The position numbers were made by a program, and so were the translations under genes. The notes beneath the pieces are model-generated. The model saw only the letters and a program-made list of their open reading frames with translations. It searched no databases and was not told the origin of the DNA. Of a stretch of 64,000 nucleotides of DNA, positions 1 through 10,303 are shown piece after piece. Within the stretch, counting starts at the first letter, position 1. Every line of letters starts with the position of its first letter. Origin of the DNA: Nannocystales bacterium (GTDB lineage Bacteria; Myxococcota_A; Polyangia; Nannocystales; Nannocystaceae); NCBI GenBank assembly GCA_050633305.1, contig JBOEGF010000038.1, positions 97,972-161,971 on the forward strand, written 5' to 3'.

Positions 1-111
1 GCCCGCACCCCTCGTGGTCGCCTTTTTTCTCAACTCGGTGCGCGCTTCGGTGATGGGCCTCGTCGAGTCGGTGGGTGGGCGAGCCGACCGTCCCTCCGGA
101 AAGAAGACAAC

Positions 112-867
112 ATGAAACTCTCCCGAAAACTTGCGATTTACTCCCTGCTTTCCGCCATTTCTGCACCGATGGTCGGCTGCGATGAAGAACCCCTAAAAGG
201 GCCCGAGGTGCAGCGGCTCGACGAAGGGTTTGTCGTGCTCGGCTCAGGGGCCGACGTCTTGCAGCACCGCGATGCCTCGGTGTTCGTGGAGCTCGGCGAT
301 GCCGAGACACAGCCTTGGGAGCCCGGAAACGGCTATTTCCAGCCCAACAGAGACGACCCTGAAGACGCGGTGTACTTCGACACGTGCGACGCTGCGGGAA
401 CGCCAAGTCCCGTCGAGTCCGTCGATCGCATCCTGGTGGACGCGGACAACGAGTCGCTGGCCTGGACAGTCTTGGTGTCGTTCGTACCCGAAGGTGAAGA
501 ACATATCAACGCATCAACAGGGCTTCCCCTCGAGGTGGGCGATGAGTTTGTGACGCGAGAGTGCGAGTTCTCGAGTTCCTACGCTCGGTGTGTCGAGGAA
601 CGTATCTCGTTCGACTTCACGCAGCTTCCGTTTCCGGGCGCGCCCGAAGACGCGCGGCTTGTCGACCGACTCGATGCGCATATGTACTGGGACTATGGCC
701 AGGACCGATTCCGTGTCCTCCGTCATTCGACAGTGGGCTGCGAGGGGGCGGACTGCGACTCGCATCCGTTCGTCCTGACATTCCTGGCCCAGATCGGCGC
801 GGAAGAGTCCTGTGAGTCGATGTCGATGAGCGTGTACGATCGAGTTCCGACGCCGGTCGTCGACTAG
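112..867 (+). CDS. Hypothetical lipoprotein
   Basis: 251-aa ORF; basic N-terminus, hydrophobic stretch and lipobox-like MVGC; acidic body; purine-rich RBS upstream. Confidence 0.75.
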   Translation: MKLSRKLAIYSLLSAISAPMVGCDEEPLKGPEVQRLDEGFVVLGSGADVLQHRDASVFVELGDAETQPWEPGNGYFQPNRDDPEDAVYFDTCDAAGTPSPVESVDRILVDADNESLAWTVLVSFVPEGEEHINASTGLPLEVGDEFVTRECEFSSSYARCVEERISFDFTQLPFPGAPEDARLVDRLDAHMYWDYGQDRFRVLRHSTVGCEGADCDSHPFVLTFLAQIGAEESCESMSMSVYDRVPTPVVD

Positions 868-960
868 GTCTCCATGACCAACGCCCTGCACCCGCTTCGT
901 GGGGCGGTTGTCCAGAATCTGCGCGGTCCCGAGTCCCCGCGTAGATTCTGAGTGAAACAA

Positions 961-1767
961 TCAGAGGTCTTCGGGCGTCGTGTCGTTGGCGGCAAGTGTC
1001 GAGAAACTCATCTCCAGCCGCCCGACGACCGCGTTGATGAGCGACAGCGCGGAGTCTAGTCGAAGGTCGAGCTCCAGTTCGAGCCGCCGACGCGTACCTC
1101 GAAGGACCGTGTCGCGAGCGCGAATCAGCCATCGATCGACTGTCGCTCGGTGAACACCATACAGCTGCGCCAAGTCTTCACTGGTGAGCCGGTCGATGAA
1201 ACGATGTCGGAGCACGTTCTGAAAGCGAACCGGAAGCCCGATGAGCGTTGCTCGAAGTGCTTCCTGAACTCGCTCGCGAGACTCGGCAACTGCAAGCGCA
1301 TGTTCGAGGTCGCCCGACGTCGCGACGAGCTGTTCAGTGATGTCGCTGAGGGGTTCGTACGCTCGGCGGCGTCTCCGAGCGTCGACGGCTTCTCGAGTGG
1401 CGCATATCCTCAACCACGCACTGAGGGGGCCCGAGCCGTGGTACCGATCAAGACGCGCTGCGGTGCCGTCGGGGTCCGCGACAAGGAGTTTGGACCAAAG
1501 GCCTTGCGACGCGTCCGAAACCTCTGGGGCGGTCAGTCCTGCGCGGTTCATGGCTGTGTCGATTAGCCGCTGATGTTGTGTCCGGACGTGCCGGCAGGCA
1601 GGGGGATCGCCTTCGAGCGCGGCGTAGGCGAGGCAGAGGTCCACCCAATGTACCGCGTCCGGACGAGCGCGTGCGTAGGCGTGAAACCCCGCCTCGTCGA
1701 CGTGTATCCCCGGGCAGTCTTCACGAACTGCGGCGAGGGCGGAGGAAACCGATTCTTCGACGGTCAT
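961..1767 (-). CDS. ECF-type RNA polymerase sigma factor (myxobacterial kinase-associated type)
   Basis: Region 2-like PLSAWLRICATREA and region 4 HTH (LAQLYGVHRATVDRWL); start overlaps the kinase stop (ATGA). Confidence 0.85.
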   Translation of the reverse strand: MTVEESVSSALAAVREDCPGIHVDEAGFHAYARARPDAVHWVDLCLAYAALEGDPPACRHVRTQHQRLIDTAMNRAGLTAPEVSDASQGLWSKLLVADPDGTAARLDRYHGSGPLSAWLRICATREAVDARRRRRAYEPLSDITEQLVATSGDLEHALAVAESRERVQEALRATLIGLPVRFQNVLRHRFIDRLTSEDLAQLYGVHRATVDRWLIRARDTVLRGTRRRLELELDLRLDSALSLINAVVGRLEMSFSTLAANDTTPEDL

Positions 1768-4697
1768 CGTTTGTGGCCAGGCTCGAGTAGCTCATCCAGC
1801 TCACGGGAGAGCAGGGGGGAAATGTCGGCAGGGTTTCGACTTCGCAGTTGTACGGCGCGCTCGAGAGTCGCGCGCGCCTCGGACTGGCTGCCCACGAGTC
1901 TCTGCGCCCGGACTAGGTTCATCAGTGTGTGGAGCGTGGCAACACTGTCGGTGCTGTGCATGCTGTCGGTCAACTCCAGGGAATGTTGGTAATGCTCGAT
2001 TGCACGCTCTGGCTCGCCCTGCTTCGAAGCGACGACGCCCAGAAGATCATGAGTCCATGGCATCAGCATCGCGTGTCCATCGTCTTCTTCGAAGATGTCG
2101 AGCGCGTGCTGCCCGAGCCGAGCGGCGTCTTCGAACCGGCCGAGCTCGTACAGCGTCCAGCCCAGCGCGACCTCGGCCGCGGCGCTCAGCGGGTCATCGG
2201 GCCCGACCAACTCATGGAGGATGTCGATGGCTTGCTCTCGAAGCGGGAGGGCAGCTTCGGGGTTCCCTTCGACCGTGTGAATCTGGCTGAGCATCAACAG
2301 ACCATCCGAGAGCGTGCGCCGCCTGACCCTCGGGTGCTGTTCGGCGAGTTCGATCGACTCGGTGAGCAAGGCTCGGGCGCTGTCCAACCGGTCCAGCCGC
2401 GTCTCGAGGTCGCCGAGTGTGACCAAGACGTCCGCGAGAACGCGCGGCGAATGGTTGTTGATGCGGCACTGCTCGAGGACGCCGGCGAGCAGGGTCGAGG
2501 CCTCTTCAAACTTCGGCATGTGCAGCAAGAGGTCGCCGAGAGTGATCGCGTCGAGGGCCACCCGCGGGTGTCCTGGACCGTAGACCTGGGTGTGAAGCTT
2601 CAGGGCGGCTCGGTAGCGCTCGGCTGCGAGGTGAGGCTCGCCGAGTTGGTGGTTGACGGAACCCAGGCGCAGAAAAACCCGGGCTTGTAGCAGCGGGGAC
2701 TCACCCGCGCGTGAACCGAGTTGCGCGAGGGCACGCTCGTAGAACTCCTGGGCGCCCAAGATGTCGGCTTGAGCGAAGCGGGCGGCGCCAGCCACGAGCA
2801 TGGCCTCCGCACGAAGGGGGTCGTCGTCCAGCCCCTCAGAGTCCTTCAGGGCGAGCTCTGCCCATACCTGCCTGTCTGAGCCCACCGCGGCAAGCGAGAG
2901 GAGCGCTTCGGTTCTCGCGGCGTTGCGTCGGTCTGCGAGCCCGCGGAACAACAGGAGGGCCTGCAACAAAGAGTCTCGGGCGACCTCCTTGCCATGCAAG
3001 GTCCGCGCGATCCTGCCTCGTAGTTGCAGGCCTCGTGCCTCGCCCGCAACATCGTCGTGCTCGTGCGCCAGTTGAACCGCGTCCTGGGCCGCAGCGTATG
3101 CGCCCTCAAACCTGCCGGCTTTGCGTAGCGCCTGTGCACGAGCGAGGTGGCCCTCGAGCACGACCGATGACGTACCCTCATCCTTCCAGCGTGAGCGCCC
3201 CGAGGCAGGGAAGACAAGCGGGTCGCATTCGGAGAGGGGAGGGAGGTCGACCGCCAGATCGATCGCACGCGTGACAGTGTCTGGGGCCATCGCTGTGGTC
3301 GCGGCAGCCTCGACCGCAGACAATCCGCGTTGCAAGCACCGAAGGCGACTGGCTGCCTTTGCGGGTCCGGGTCCCCGGGAGCGGGCGTCTTCGCAAACAG
3401 CGATACGCCGTGTCGTCCAGTCGCTGACGTAGTCGCTGATGTGGCCCGAGAATTCGGACGCGCTGTGTCGTGCCATCGGCGTGTCCGTAGATGCCAATGC
3501 CTTTTCGACCTCCGCGCGTCGTTCGGGACTCCAGACCTCCTCCATCCGGGAGTCGACCCCCTCGCAGGGAAGCGGTGCCGTGCTTGCGCCCGCCTGAGCA
3601 CCAAGCACCGCGAGCACGGCCACGCCGCAGGCGAGCAACGGTCCCCGGATTCCCCGCTGCGGTGCGGAGGCTTTCGTCAGAGCATCGCAGAGCTCTGCCA
3701 TCGACGGCCACCGGTCTTCCGCCAGTCGTGCCATCCCCTTGCGAAGGATGGACCACAGTGCACGATGCTTCGCGTGCTTGGGAGGCGGGCAGGGGTTCTG
3801 TGTGAGTACGGCATCGCGCAGGGCCAGGAGCTCCCCAGTGGGGAAGGGTTCTGAGCGCCAAAGGGCCTGGTATGCGGATACGCAGAACGCGAACTGATCG
3901 GTCTTTGCCGAGGCCCGTCCGCCCTCGAAGAGCTCGGGGGCTAGATATCGCGGAGTCCCGCGGAGGACCGTGGGCTCGGTCGGTACCTGCAGACCGGTCT
4001 TCGTACCCGGATCGATCGTAGGGACACGCACCGGTTCACGAACCGTCGACAGCCCAAAGTCGGCCACAAGCGCGGTGGGGTGCAGCGCATCCGGATCCCG
4101 GACGAGAACGTTGGCCGGCTTGAAGTCACGGTGTACGACGCCACAGGCGTGCGCGTCGGCAAGGCCTCGGCCGGCCTGAATCAGAAGGTTCAGAGTCTGG
4201 TCGCGTGCAGAGCCACGTCGCGTCAGCCATGCCCCCAAGCTCACTCCATCGACAGCCTCCATGACGATGTGCACTTCGTCGTCCGCGGTGATCACCTCGA
4301 ACACATCGACGACATGCGCGCTCTGTACCCGGGCCATCGCGCGGGCTTCGTCGAGGATCTTGCTGCGGGCATCGGCAGACGCGTTCAGCTCAAGATGGCG
4401 GGACTTGATCGCGACGAGTCGGCGGAGCTTGGGGTCGAATGCGGCATAGACTGACCCCATGCCACCCGCGCCGAGCTTTCGACGGACGAGATAGCGGCCG
4501 AGTCGGTGGCCCGGACCGATGGCGGAGACTTCGGTGAAGGGCCCCGCGGGTAGCGTGTTCCCACGCACGACTTCGGCCAGAACTTCCCGGCACAAGGAGC
4601 ATTGCGCGATGTGGGCATCCTGAACGTCGATCTCCTGCGGCGAGGCACGACGTTCCACGCGTGCCAGCAGTCGGTCTTCGTCCAGACACCCGCGCAT
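1764..4697 (-). CDS. Ser/Thr protein kinase with N-terminal HxxxCxxC zinc finger, TM segment and C-terminal TPRs
   Basis: LGAGGMGSVY, VAIK, HRDFKPANVL, DFG and GTPRYLAPE motifs; HIAQCSLC at N-terminus; TPR-like helical repeats. Confidence 0.95.
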   Translation of the reverse strand: MRGCLDEDRLLARVERRASPQEIDVQDAHIAQCSLCREVLAEVVRGNTLPAGPFTEVSAIGPGHRLGRYLVRRKLGAGGMGSVYAAFDPKLRRLVAIKSRHLELNASADARSKILDEARAMARVQSAHVVDVFEVITADDEVHIVMEAVDGVSLGAWLTRRGSARDQTLNLLIQAGRGLADAHACGVVHRDFKPANVLVRDPDALHPTALVADFGLSTVREPVRVPTIDPGTKTGLQVPTEPTVLRGTPRYLAPELFEGGRASAKTDQFAFCVSAYQALWRSEPFPTGELLALRDAVLTQNPCPPPKHAKHRALWSILRKGMARLAEDRWPSMAELCDALTKASAPQRGIRGPLLACGVAVLAVLGAQAGASTAPLPCEGVDSRMEEVWSPERRAEVEKALASTDTPMARHSASEFSGHISDYVSDWTTRRIAVCEDARSRGPGPAKAASRLRCLQRGLSAVEAAATTAMAPDTVTRAIDLAVDLPPLSECDPLVFPASGRSRWKDEGTSSVVLEGHLARAQALRKAGRFEGAYAAAQDAVQLAHEHDDVAGEARGLQLRGRIARTLHGKEVARDSLLQALLLFRGLADRRNAARTEALLSLAAVGSDRQVWAELALKDSEGLDDDPLRAEAMLVAGAARFAQADILGAQEFYERALAQLGSRAGESPLLQARVFLRLGSVNHQLGEPHLAAERYRAALKLHTQVYGPGHPRVALDAITLGDLLLHMPKFEEASTLLAGVLEQCRINNHSPRVLADVLVTLGDLETRLDRLDSARALLTESIELAEQHPRVRRRTLSDGLLMLSQIHTVEGNPEAALPLREQAIDILHELVGPDDPLSAAAEVALGWTLYELGRFEDAARLGQHALDIFEEDDGHAMLMPWTHDLLGVVASKQGEPERAIEHYQHSLELTDSMHSTDSVATLHTLMNLVRAQRLVGSQSEARATLERAVQLRSRNPADISPLLSRELDELLEPGHKR

Positions 4698-4958
4698 AGA
4701 CTCCCAAGCCTAACGACGTTGGGTACGGATTCGCCACCTCGTCGGCCGATTCGACGGGGCGTGGGAACGCACTACGTCTACACGTCGCTTTTTCTGCGCG
4801 AGTTGGCCCAGTGTTTCGTCTTGGCGCAGCACCTCAGGATCGTCAGAGAACCGGATCCCGGCTGGGAATTGCTGTGTGAACCGGTCCAAATATACGGCGC
4901 CATGCCGGGGCCTGAAGGTCCCCCGGCGGAGTCGCTCGCTGCCTGCCGAGCCGCGCGA

Positions 4959-5657
4959 CTACGAGCTCGCCGGGGTCGCCCCTGATTGCACCAGACTCGC
5001 CCGAGCGCCGAACAGGGTGTCGAGTTGAGCCTGCATTGGCCCCGGTATTGCCGTCGCGCTCCATCCGGGCTCTTCATCCAACCGCCGCATCCACGCCCGG
5101 ATGTTCGGGTACGGGGCGAGGTCGACTCGGCCGTACCTCGTGATGCCAAGCTGACTCGCCAGCGCAAAGTCGGCGATGGTCACGGACTCGCCGCACACGA
5201 ACGCACGGTCTCGCAACGTGTCATCCAGAACCTGCGCGTAGGGCCCGAACGCCTCGAGAGATCGGCGTACGACATCTTCGTCCGGCTCGCCCGCGCCAGC
5301 AAAGGGTTTGAAGACCCGCTCGAACAACGTGGTCGCGAGATGGTTGCCAAAGTGGGCGAGGTCCCAGCACAGCCAGCGGGTGACGTCGGCGCGAGCGGCT
5401 GGGTCCTCAGGGTACAGCGACGTGCGGCCGTGCTTCGTGCACAGGTACGCCATGATCGCGTCCGACTCCCACAGCCGCAGTTCTCCATCTTCGAGGGCTG
5501 GGACTTTGCCATTGGGGTTGATCTCGAGAAACGCCGGTCGTTTTTGCTCAGCGACCGCCGGGTCGAGCACAACCATCTCCACGTCGAGACCGAGTTGCGC
5601 GATGACGGCAAGGACCTTGCGGCAGTTGGGGCTCCCGTGGGCGATGTGCAGTTTCAT
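4959..5657 (-). CDS. Glutathione S-transferase family protein
   Basis: Start re-called at MKLHIAHGSPNCRKV; NPNGKVPAL, LWESDAIMAYL and TIADFAL motifs. Confidence 0.92.
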   Translation of the reverse strand: MKLHIAHGSPNCRKVLAVIAQLGLDVEMVVLDPAVAEQKRPAFLEINPNGKVPALEDGELRLWESDAIMAYLCTKHGRTSLYPEDPAARADVTRWLCWDLAHFGNHLATTLFERVFKPFAGAGEPDEDVVRRSLEAFGPYAQVLDDTLRDRAFVCGESVTIADFALASQLGITRYGRVDLAPYPNIRAWMRRLDEEPGWSATAIPGPMQAQLDTLFGARASLVQSGATPASS

Positions 5658-5662
5658 GGTGC

Positions 5663-6010
5663 TCACGCGCCTTCCGGTGCTTGCCACAGTGCGATGTTGG
5701 CTCCCGCGGGGTCGACCAGCACTGCGAAGTCCCCTGCGGGACCCCGAGTACGAGCTTTGAGGACAGATGCTCCCAGCGATTCCGCCTTCTCCAGGGCGGC
5801 GTCCAGGTCGTCGACCTTCGCGTAGGGCAACCATCCGGTCGGCACCCCCTCGGCCGGCACCATGCCGGACCAGGGCTTGTCTTCGCCGAACGCAAGCATC
5901 TCCGCGGGGGCCGTCTTGGGTCGCGACCATCCAAGCAGGGTCTCGTAGAACGAGGCGGCTCCGGAAGGGGAGTCGCTTCGATGGTCGAACCAAATGAACG
6001 GTGTCGTCAT
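5663..6010 (-). CDS. VOC/glyoxalase family protein
   Basis: MTTPFIWFD...FYETLLGW...WLPYAKVDDLDAA...DPAGANIALWQ. Confidence 0.88.
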   Translation of the reverse strand: MTTPFIWFDHRSDSPSGAASFYETLLGWSRPKTAPAEMLAFGEDKPWSGMVPAEGVPTGWLPYAKVDDLDAALEKAESLGASVLKARTRGPAGDFAVLVDPAGANIALWQAPEGA

Positions 6011-6144
6011 GCCTCGATGACGAACCGGGGGTCTCGATCCCGACACGCGCCTCCGATTCTTTTCGGCCCTCGTGCTCGAGCGAGACGAGCGGCCCGCGCG
6101 CGCACGGTCTTGACGCTCTGGCGTACCGTCGGCAGGCTGTAGGG

Positions 6145-6714
6145 GTGGATGCGCAACCGAGGATCCGGGCCTCGATCATGCAAGACCACCTCCGGGATCT
6201 CCGAGCCCTACCGGAATGGGCAGAGATCGGGCGGGACTTTGGTCCGCAGAACATCCGGACTGTCGAGGACGCGAGCCGTGTCGGGTGGGTGGCTGGTGAC
6301 GTCAACTTCGCCATGGTGAGGGCGATCCACCATCAAGTGGGGCTCGAGCGCGGGCAGGAGTTCTTCTACAAACGGTTCGCCGCGGCGTGGGACAGCCCGA
6401 TCTTTCAGCCGATTGTCCGGGGTGCGATGCGCATGCTCCGAGCGGACCCCGGTGGTCTGCTGTCGATGATCCCCAAGGGTCACGGTTTGGCATTCCGCGG
6501 ATTCGGTCGGTACGAGGTGGTGGAGAAGACCAGCCACTCCCTCAGCCTTCGACACTTCGAGGTTCCTGCAGAGTGTTTTGTGGACGACGCCGCGTGGATC
6601 AGATTCGCCGGGTTCTCACAGCTGAGCCTCATCGCGCTCGCGGACGGTGAGGGGACCGTCGAGTGGTCCATCGACGCGAGTCGACGCGAAGCTGTGCATC
6701 ACTTCGCCTGGTAG
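6145..6714 (+). CDS. Myxobacterial conserved hypothetical protein (possible V4R/heme-NO-like ligand-binding fold)
   Basis: Coding-like segment of ORF 6001-6714 from GTG 6145; fold call is a guess. Confidence 0.6.
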   Translation: MDAQPRIRASIMQDHLRDLRALPEWAEIGRDFGPQNIRTVEDASRVGWVAGDVNFAMVRAIHHQVGLERGQEFFYKRFAAAWDSPIFQPIVRGAMRMLRADPGGLLSMIPKGHGLAFRGFGRYEVVEKTSHSLSLRHFEVPAECFVDDAAWIRFAGFSQLSLIALADGEGTVEWSIDASRREAVHHFAW

Positions 6715-6766
6715 CGCCCGCGGTGCCCATCCGCTCCTCTCGACGCCGCGAGAGGCATTGACGTCT

Positions 6767-7423
6767 TCAGTCCTCGAGCGTCGGCAGGTATCCGAGCGTC
6801 TCGCGGGTTCGGTTCTGAGACCGAGGCGGCCGCACCGTCCAAGGCACGCAGCGGGGTACGGACTCCGGATCCGGGCTCGGGTCGGCGTCGACCTCGAACT
6901 CGCCGCGGACCCGCCACCCGCAGGGTCGGTCCAGGACCCGCGGAATGGCGCGCTCGGTCCTGGTCTTCCGCGGTGGGAGGCGATGGCTCCGCGTGTCCTC
7001 GGGACGGGTCGCTTCCACGATGGACAGGAGGTCGTTCGTCTGGAGAGGCGTCGGAAGCATGTGCACGCCCGCGGCCGCGATCCGCTCGGCCACCGGGGCC
7101 TCCCGCCCGGAGAGCAACGCAACCCGGCGCGTACTGGGAGCTCTGGCGAGCAGGAGCAGGTCGTTGGTCGCGAACGTTCCCGTGTCGTGGACGAACACCA
7201 AACACGCGGGGCCTCGTTGGAGGTTGCAGACGGCTTGCGCAACGCTGGTCACGAGCTCGACGGAGTAGCCGTGACCACGCAGGGACGTTGCGATCGAGTG
7301 ATCCACGGTTGCGCTGTGGTCGACGATGAGCACCGAGACACGCGCGTCCGCTTCCGAGCTTGCCTGTCCGATGGTCGCTGAACCGCCCCGCTCAACAGAC
7401 TGTCCTTCTCCGGTAAGCTGCAT
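6767..7423 (-). CDS. Degenerate response-regulator receiver domain protein
   Basis: VLIVDHS...LRGHGYSVELV...ALLSG...LPTP resembles a REC fold; the phosphoacceptor Asp and conserved Lys appear altered. Confidence 0.5.
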   Translation of the reverse strand: MQLTGEGQSVERGGSATIGQASSEADARVSVLIVDHSATVDHSIATSLRGHGYSVELVTSVAQAVCNLQRGPACLVFVHDTGTFATNDLLLLARAPSTRRVALLSGREAPVAERIAAAGVHMLPTPLQTNDLLSIVEATRPEDTRSHRLPPRKTRTERAIPRVLDRPCGWRVRGEFEVDADPSPDPESVPRCVPWTVRPPRSQNRTRETLGYLPTLED

Positions 7424-8180
7424 CACGTAAGCCGTTTGCACGTACCGTGCCGTTGGGCCGGTGGTGGGTTGTCGTGTCCTGCGTTGGGTCCGGCTGGACC
7501 TAGGCTGCGCGAACGCCACGGCCCGATCCGGCCGCACGAGACCGATCTGGGGGACTTCGGCTGGTTCGTCGTCCATCGGCGGCGTACCTGCTACGACCGG
7601 ATCATGCCGTCGTCGCGGCGACACCCGTCTCAGCCTGGGACAGCAGTGTCTCCCGACTGTCCACCGGGCGAGACATCGGGTCGGTCTCCGCCTTCCCGCA
7701 GTTCGATCGCCAGTTCGTGTCTTCCGCCCTTTTCGAAGTCGGCGGCGCCTTCTGTGGCGCTACGCGGGGTCGACTTGGACATCGGCGACCTCCACGTTCG
7801 TGAACCCTCCGCACGTCTCGAGCCCGACCAGCTCTCGATCGGTGAGGTCCACTGTTCGCGACTCGCCGTGCGGGACCTGAACGCAGGCGGGGAGCTCCAG
7901 CGTCGTGCCGCTGGCGCAGTGGAACTCCACGGTCCAGCAGGCTTCAACATCGGCTCGGCCCTTCCGATGTGTCGCGGTGCGAGCCCGTGCTGATGTGCAC
8001 GCCTCGAATCTCAGCGCGCTCGATCGCCCCGACACCCCGGTTCTCTTGCAGCGCATGAATCGTTCTCCGTCCGTCATGCCACTCGTTCAACCGCCTCGAG
8101 GCACGGGCTATTGCCTGCCTCTGAGGGGTAGTTGAGCGAGTGGATAGATCGTTCCGAGAAATCTGCGGCGGGGAAGACCG

Positions 8181-8438
8181 TTAGTCCTCGTCCTGCGCGC
8201 CACCCAGGGGAGTCACCCCCTTCTTGGCGCACTTCTTCGTGTAGACCCGTTGCCAATGCGCGTAGCCGCCGAGCGTGCGCTGTTGATGAACGAGCAGTTC
8301 CACGAAGGCTCGGCGGTCACGTTTGGCGAGACGGCCGAACATCTTCTTCTGCGCTTTGGTCATCGAGCAGCCCGTGCAGTGCCCCGCGCGTCTGAACTTG
8401 CAGACGTCGATGCAGGGACTTGGGAGCTTCTTCGCCAT
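8181..8438 (-). CDS. DUF1289 family Cys-rich protein
   Basis: SPCIDVC...CTGCSMT signature. Confidence 0.85.
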   Translation of the reverse strand: MAKKLPSPCIDVCKFRRAGHCTGCSMTKAQKKMFGRLAKRDRRAFVELLVHQQRTLGGYAHWQRVYTKKCAKKGVTPLGGAQDED

Positions 8439-8606
8439 CGGATCTAGGCCTATCAGACTTGGCCGCGTGTCGTCACGGCCACCGGGACGACGCGGCGTGG
8501 CAGGTCCTATGGCGTGACCGTGAGGCGCAGCTCGGCCCCGGATCGAATGTGGACGCCTTCACCTCCGAGACGTTCGCAAGGAGTCTACGTGGTATTCGGT
8601 CCAGAG

Positions 8607-9062
8607 ATGAGACCACGAAAATCGCTGTTCCCCTTTGGGTCCCTCGCTCTTGCGTGCGCGCTGCTGGGTGGGTGCGACGCTGCAGGGACTCGTGTCCATG
8701 TTGCAACAGCGACGCCGGAGGAGCTCCGGGCGGCGTCCGAGGACGACATCGTTTGGTACGAGTTCCGCGAAGGCGACGAGCTGCCGTTCGAGTTCGGTCT
8801 CTTCGGTGACGCAGCCGCAATCGGCGAGCCGACGACGCTCATCGCCCGTCGGCAGTTCTGGTTGATTCTGAGCCGCGACCGACAGATCAAAATCAGCTAC
8901 GACGGGAAGACCTCGACCATGGACGAGATGGAGTTCCTTCTCACCGTCGTTCCCGGGGACGACGGAAAGGCGCGCCTCGTGTGGCTCAACCACCTCGGCA
9001 CGGGGGACGCCGAAGAAGCTTTGCGAGACATCATGGGTCCGGCGAAATCCGAGGCTCCGTAG
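8607..9062 (+). CDS. Hypothetical lipoprotein
   Basis: MRPRKSLF...LLGGC lipobox; typical codon usage. Confidence 0.7.
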   Translation: MRPRKSLFPFGSLALACALLGGCDAAGTRVHVATATPEELRAASEDDIVWYEFREGDELPFEFGLFGDAAAIGEPTTLIARRQFWLILSRDRQIKISYDGKTSTMDEMEFLLTVVPGDDGKARLVWLNHLGTGDAEEALRDIMGPAKSEAP

Positions 9063-9191
9063 ATCCTGCGGTTCCCAGTCCGGCTCGGACGCACTCCGCC
9101 TCCATGCGGACTCCGGAACCCTCACCAAATTGTACTTCGTCTGTAACGAAACGTGCTCGCGCGGAACATCGTCTGCGACGTGGAAAACAGA

Positions 9192-9622
9192 ATGAAGTCA
9201 AAGATCGTCGGGTCCCGTTTCGCTGTGGCAGCCCTCATGGCCTCCTTGGCGGTTGTCGTCCCGCAAGTGCCCAACAACTCACCACCGAGGCGAAGGCTCC
9301 TTCCAGAACGAGGCTAATTCGAGCGTATACGACAGCATTTGCAACGCATTCTACGACGGAGTGCACCACAACCAGTGATGGCACGACAACCTGCGCAACA
9401 GATTTCCCCGATATCGTTCGGAGGTTCCTCGGTCCCGGGGTCGGCCCCGTCCCACTCGTAGACTCCCAGTGCTTCCCGGCGACAGAATCCTGCAGCACGA
9501 ACTGCACATCGGACGAATACACCGACTGCGGCGCGTTTGCGATCGCGTGCGGCAACACTGGGGGGGCCGTAATCCCTCCGAACCCGGGGGCAACTACGAC
9601 GTGCGTACACAGCCCTGACTGA
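9192..9622 (+). pseudogene. Frameshifted secreted Cys/Thr-rich protein (pseudogene or sequencing indel)
   Basis: Signal peptide MKSKIVGSRFAVAALMASLAVVV from ATG 9192 continues as (P)ASAQQLTT... only after a 1-nt shift near 9261. Confidence 0.6.
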
Positions 9623-9750
9623 GCGCATCGCAGACTGAGCCGCCGCGACGCTGTCTGTGACCTCTACTTCAAAGCCCACGGAGGCCGCGGCTACACCACA
9701 TCTCCTGCCGTCGATACGGGTGGCTTGCGAGCGGCGGGATCCTGGTGGGC

Positions 9751-9978
9751 TTACTTCGGAGCGGAGCCCAGAAGCAGCTGCAGCCGAGCTCTGAACTTCG
9801 AGCTCTTCTCCGGCGCGGGAGGCTCGAACCCGACTTCGAGGGGTCTGTTTCCGAACCGCACCTGCGCCCGCTCGACGGCCCAGCTCTCAGACGGGTGGGC
9901 GGCCGAAGCCGGGGTCTCAGGCTTGTCCGCCCCGCAGGCGACCACCGCCAAGAGCCCAAGAGAAACAATCAGACGCAC
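9751..9978 (-). CDS. Small hypothetical lipoprotein
   Basis: GTG start, hydrophobic signal LIVSLGLLAVVAC, 75 aa. Confidence 0.5.
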   Translation of the reverse strand: MRLIVSLGLLAVVACGADKPETPASAAHPSESWAVERAQVRFGNRPLEVGFEPPAPEKSSKFRARLQLLLGSAPK

Positions 9979-10303
9979 CGTCGCTAGAGTGACGCGGCTG
10001 CTCGGTCCGCGTCAAGCTTCGGTGTCCCGACGCGTCGGGCTGCTGTGCGTCACACGACGCAACCGATGCTCGGACACGCTCCGGGCTCGCGTCCGATCGT
10101 GATCGCAAGCGATCTCGGCCCGGATTGACGCGGCCGAAGCCCGTGTCGGGCTACAGCATCGTGCGAGCGATCGCGACGAGTATTGCGCTGACGTTCTTCG
10201 TCGCGACCTGGTTTCGCGCCGCGGGACAGCTGCGCGATATTCAGGCGGAGGCGCCGGTGGTCGGGCCGAGTCCACCGGTCAACGTCCGCGTCGAGCTGCT
10301 CCG

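Noticed and set aside
7630..8077. Short minus-strand ORFs
   Set aside because: No motif, and the competing frames cannot be resolved
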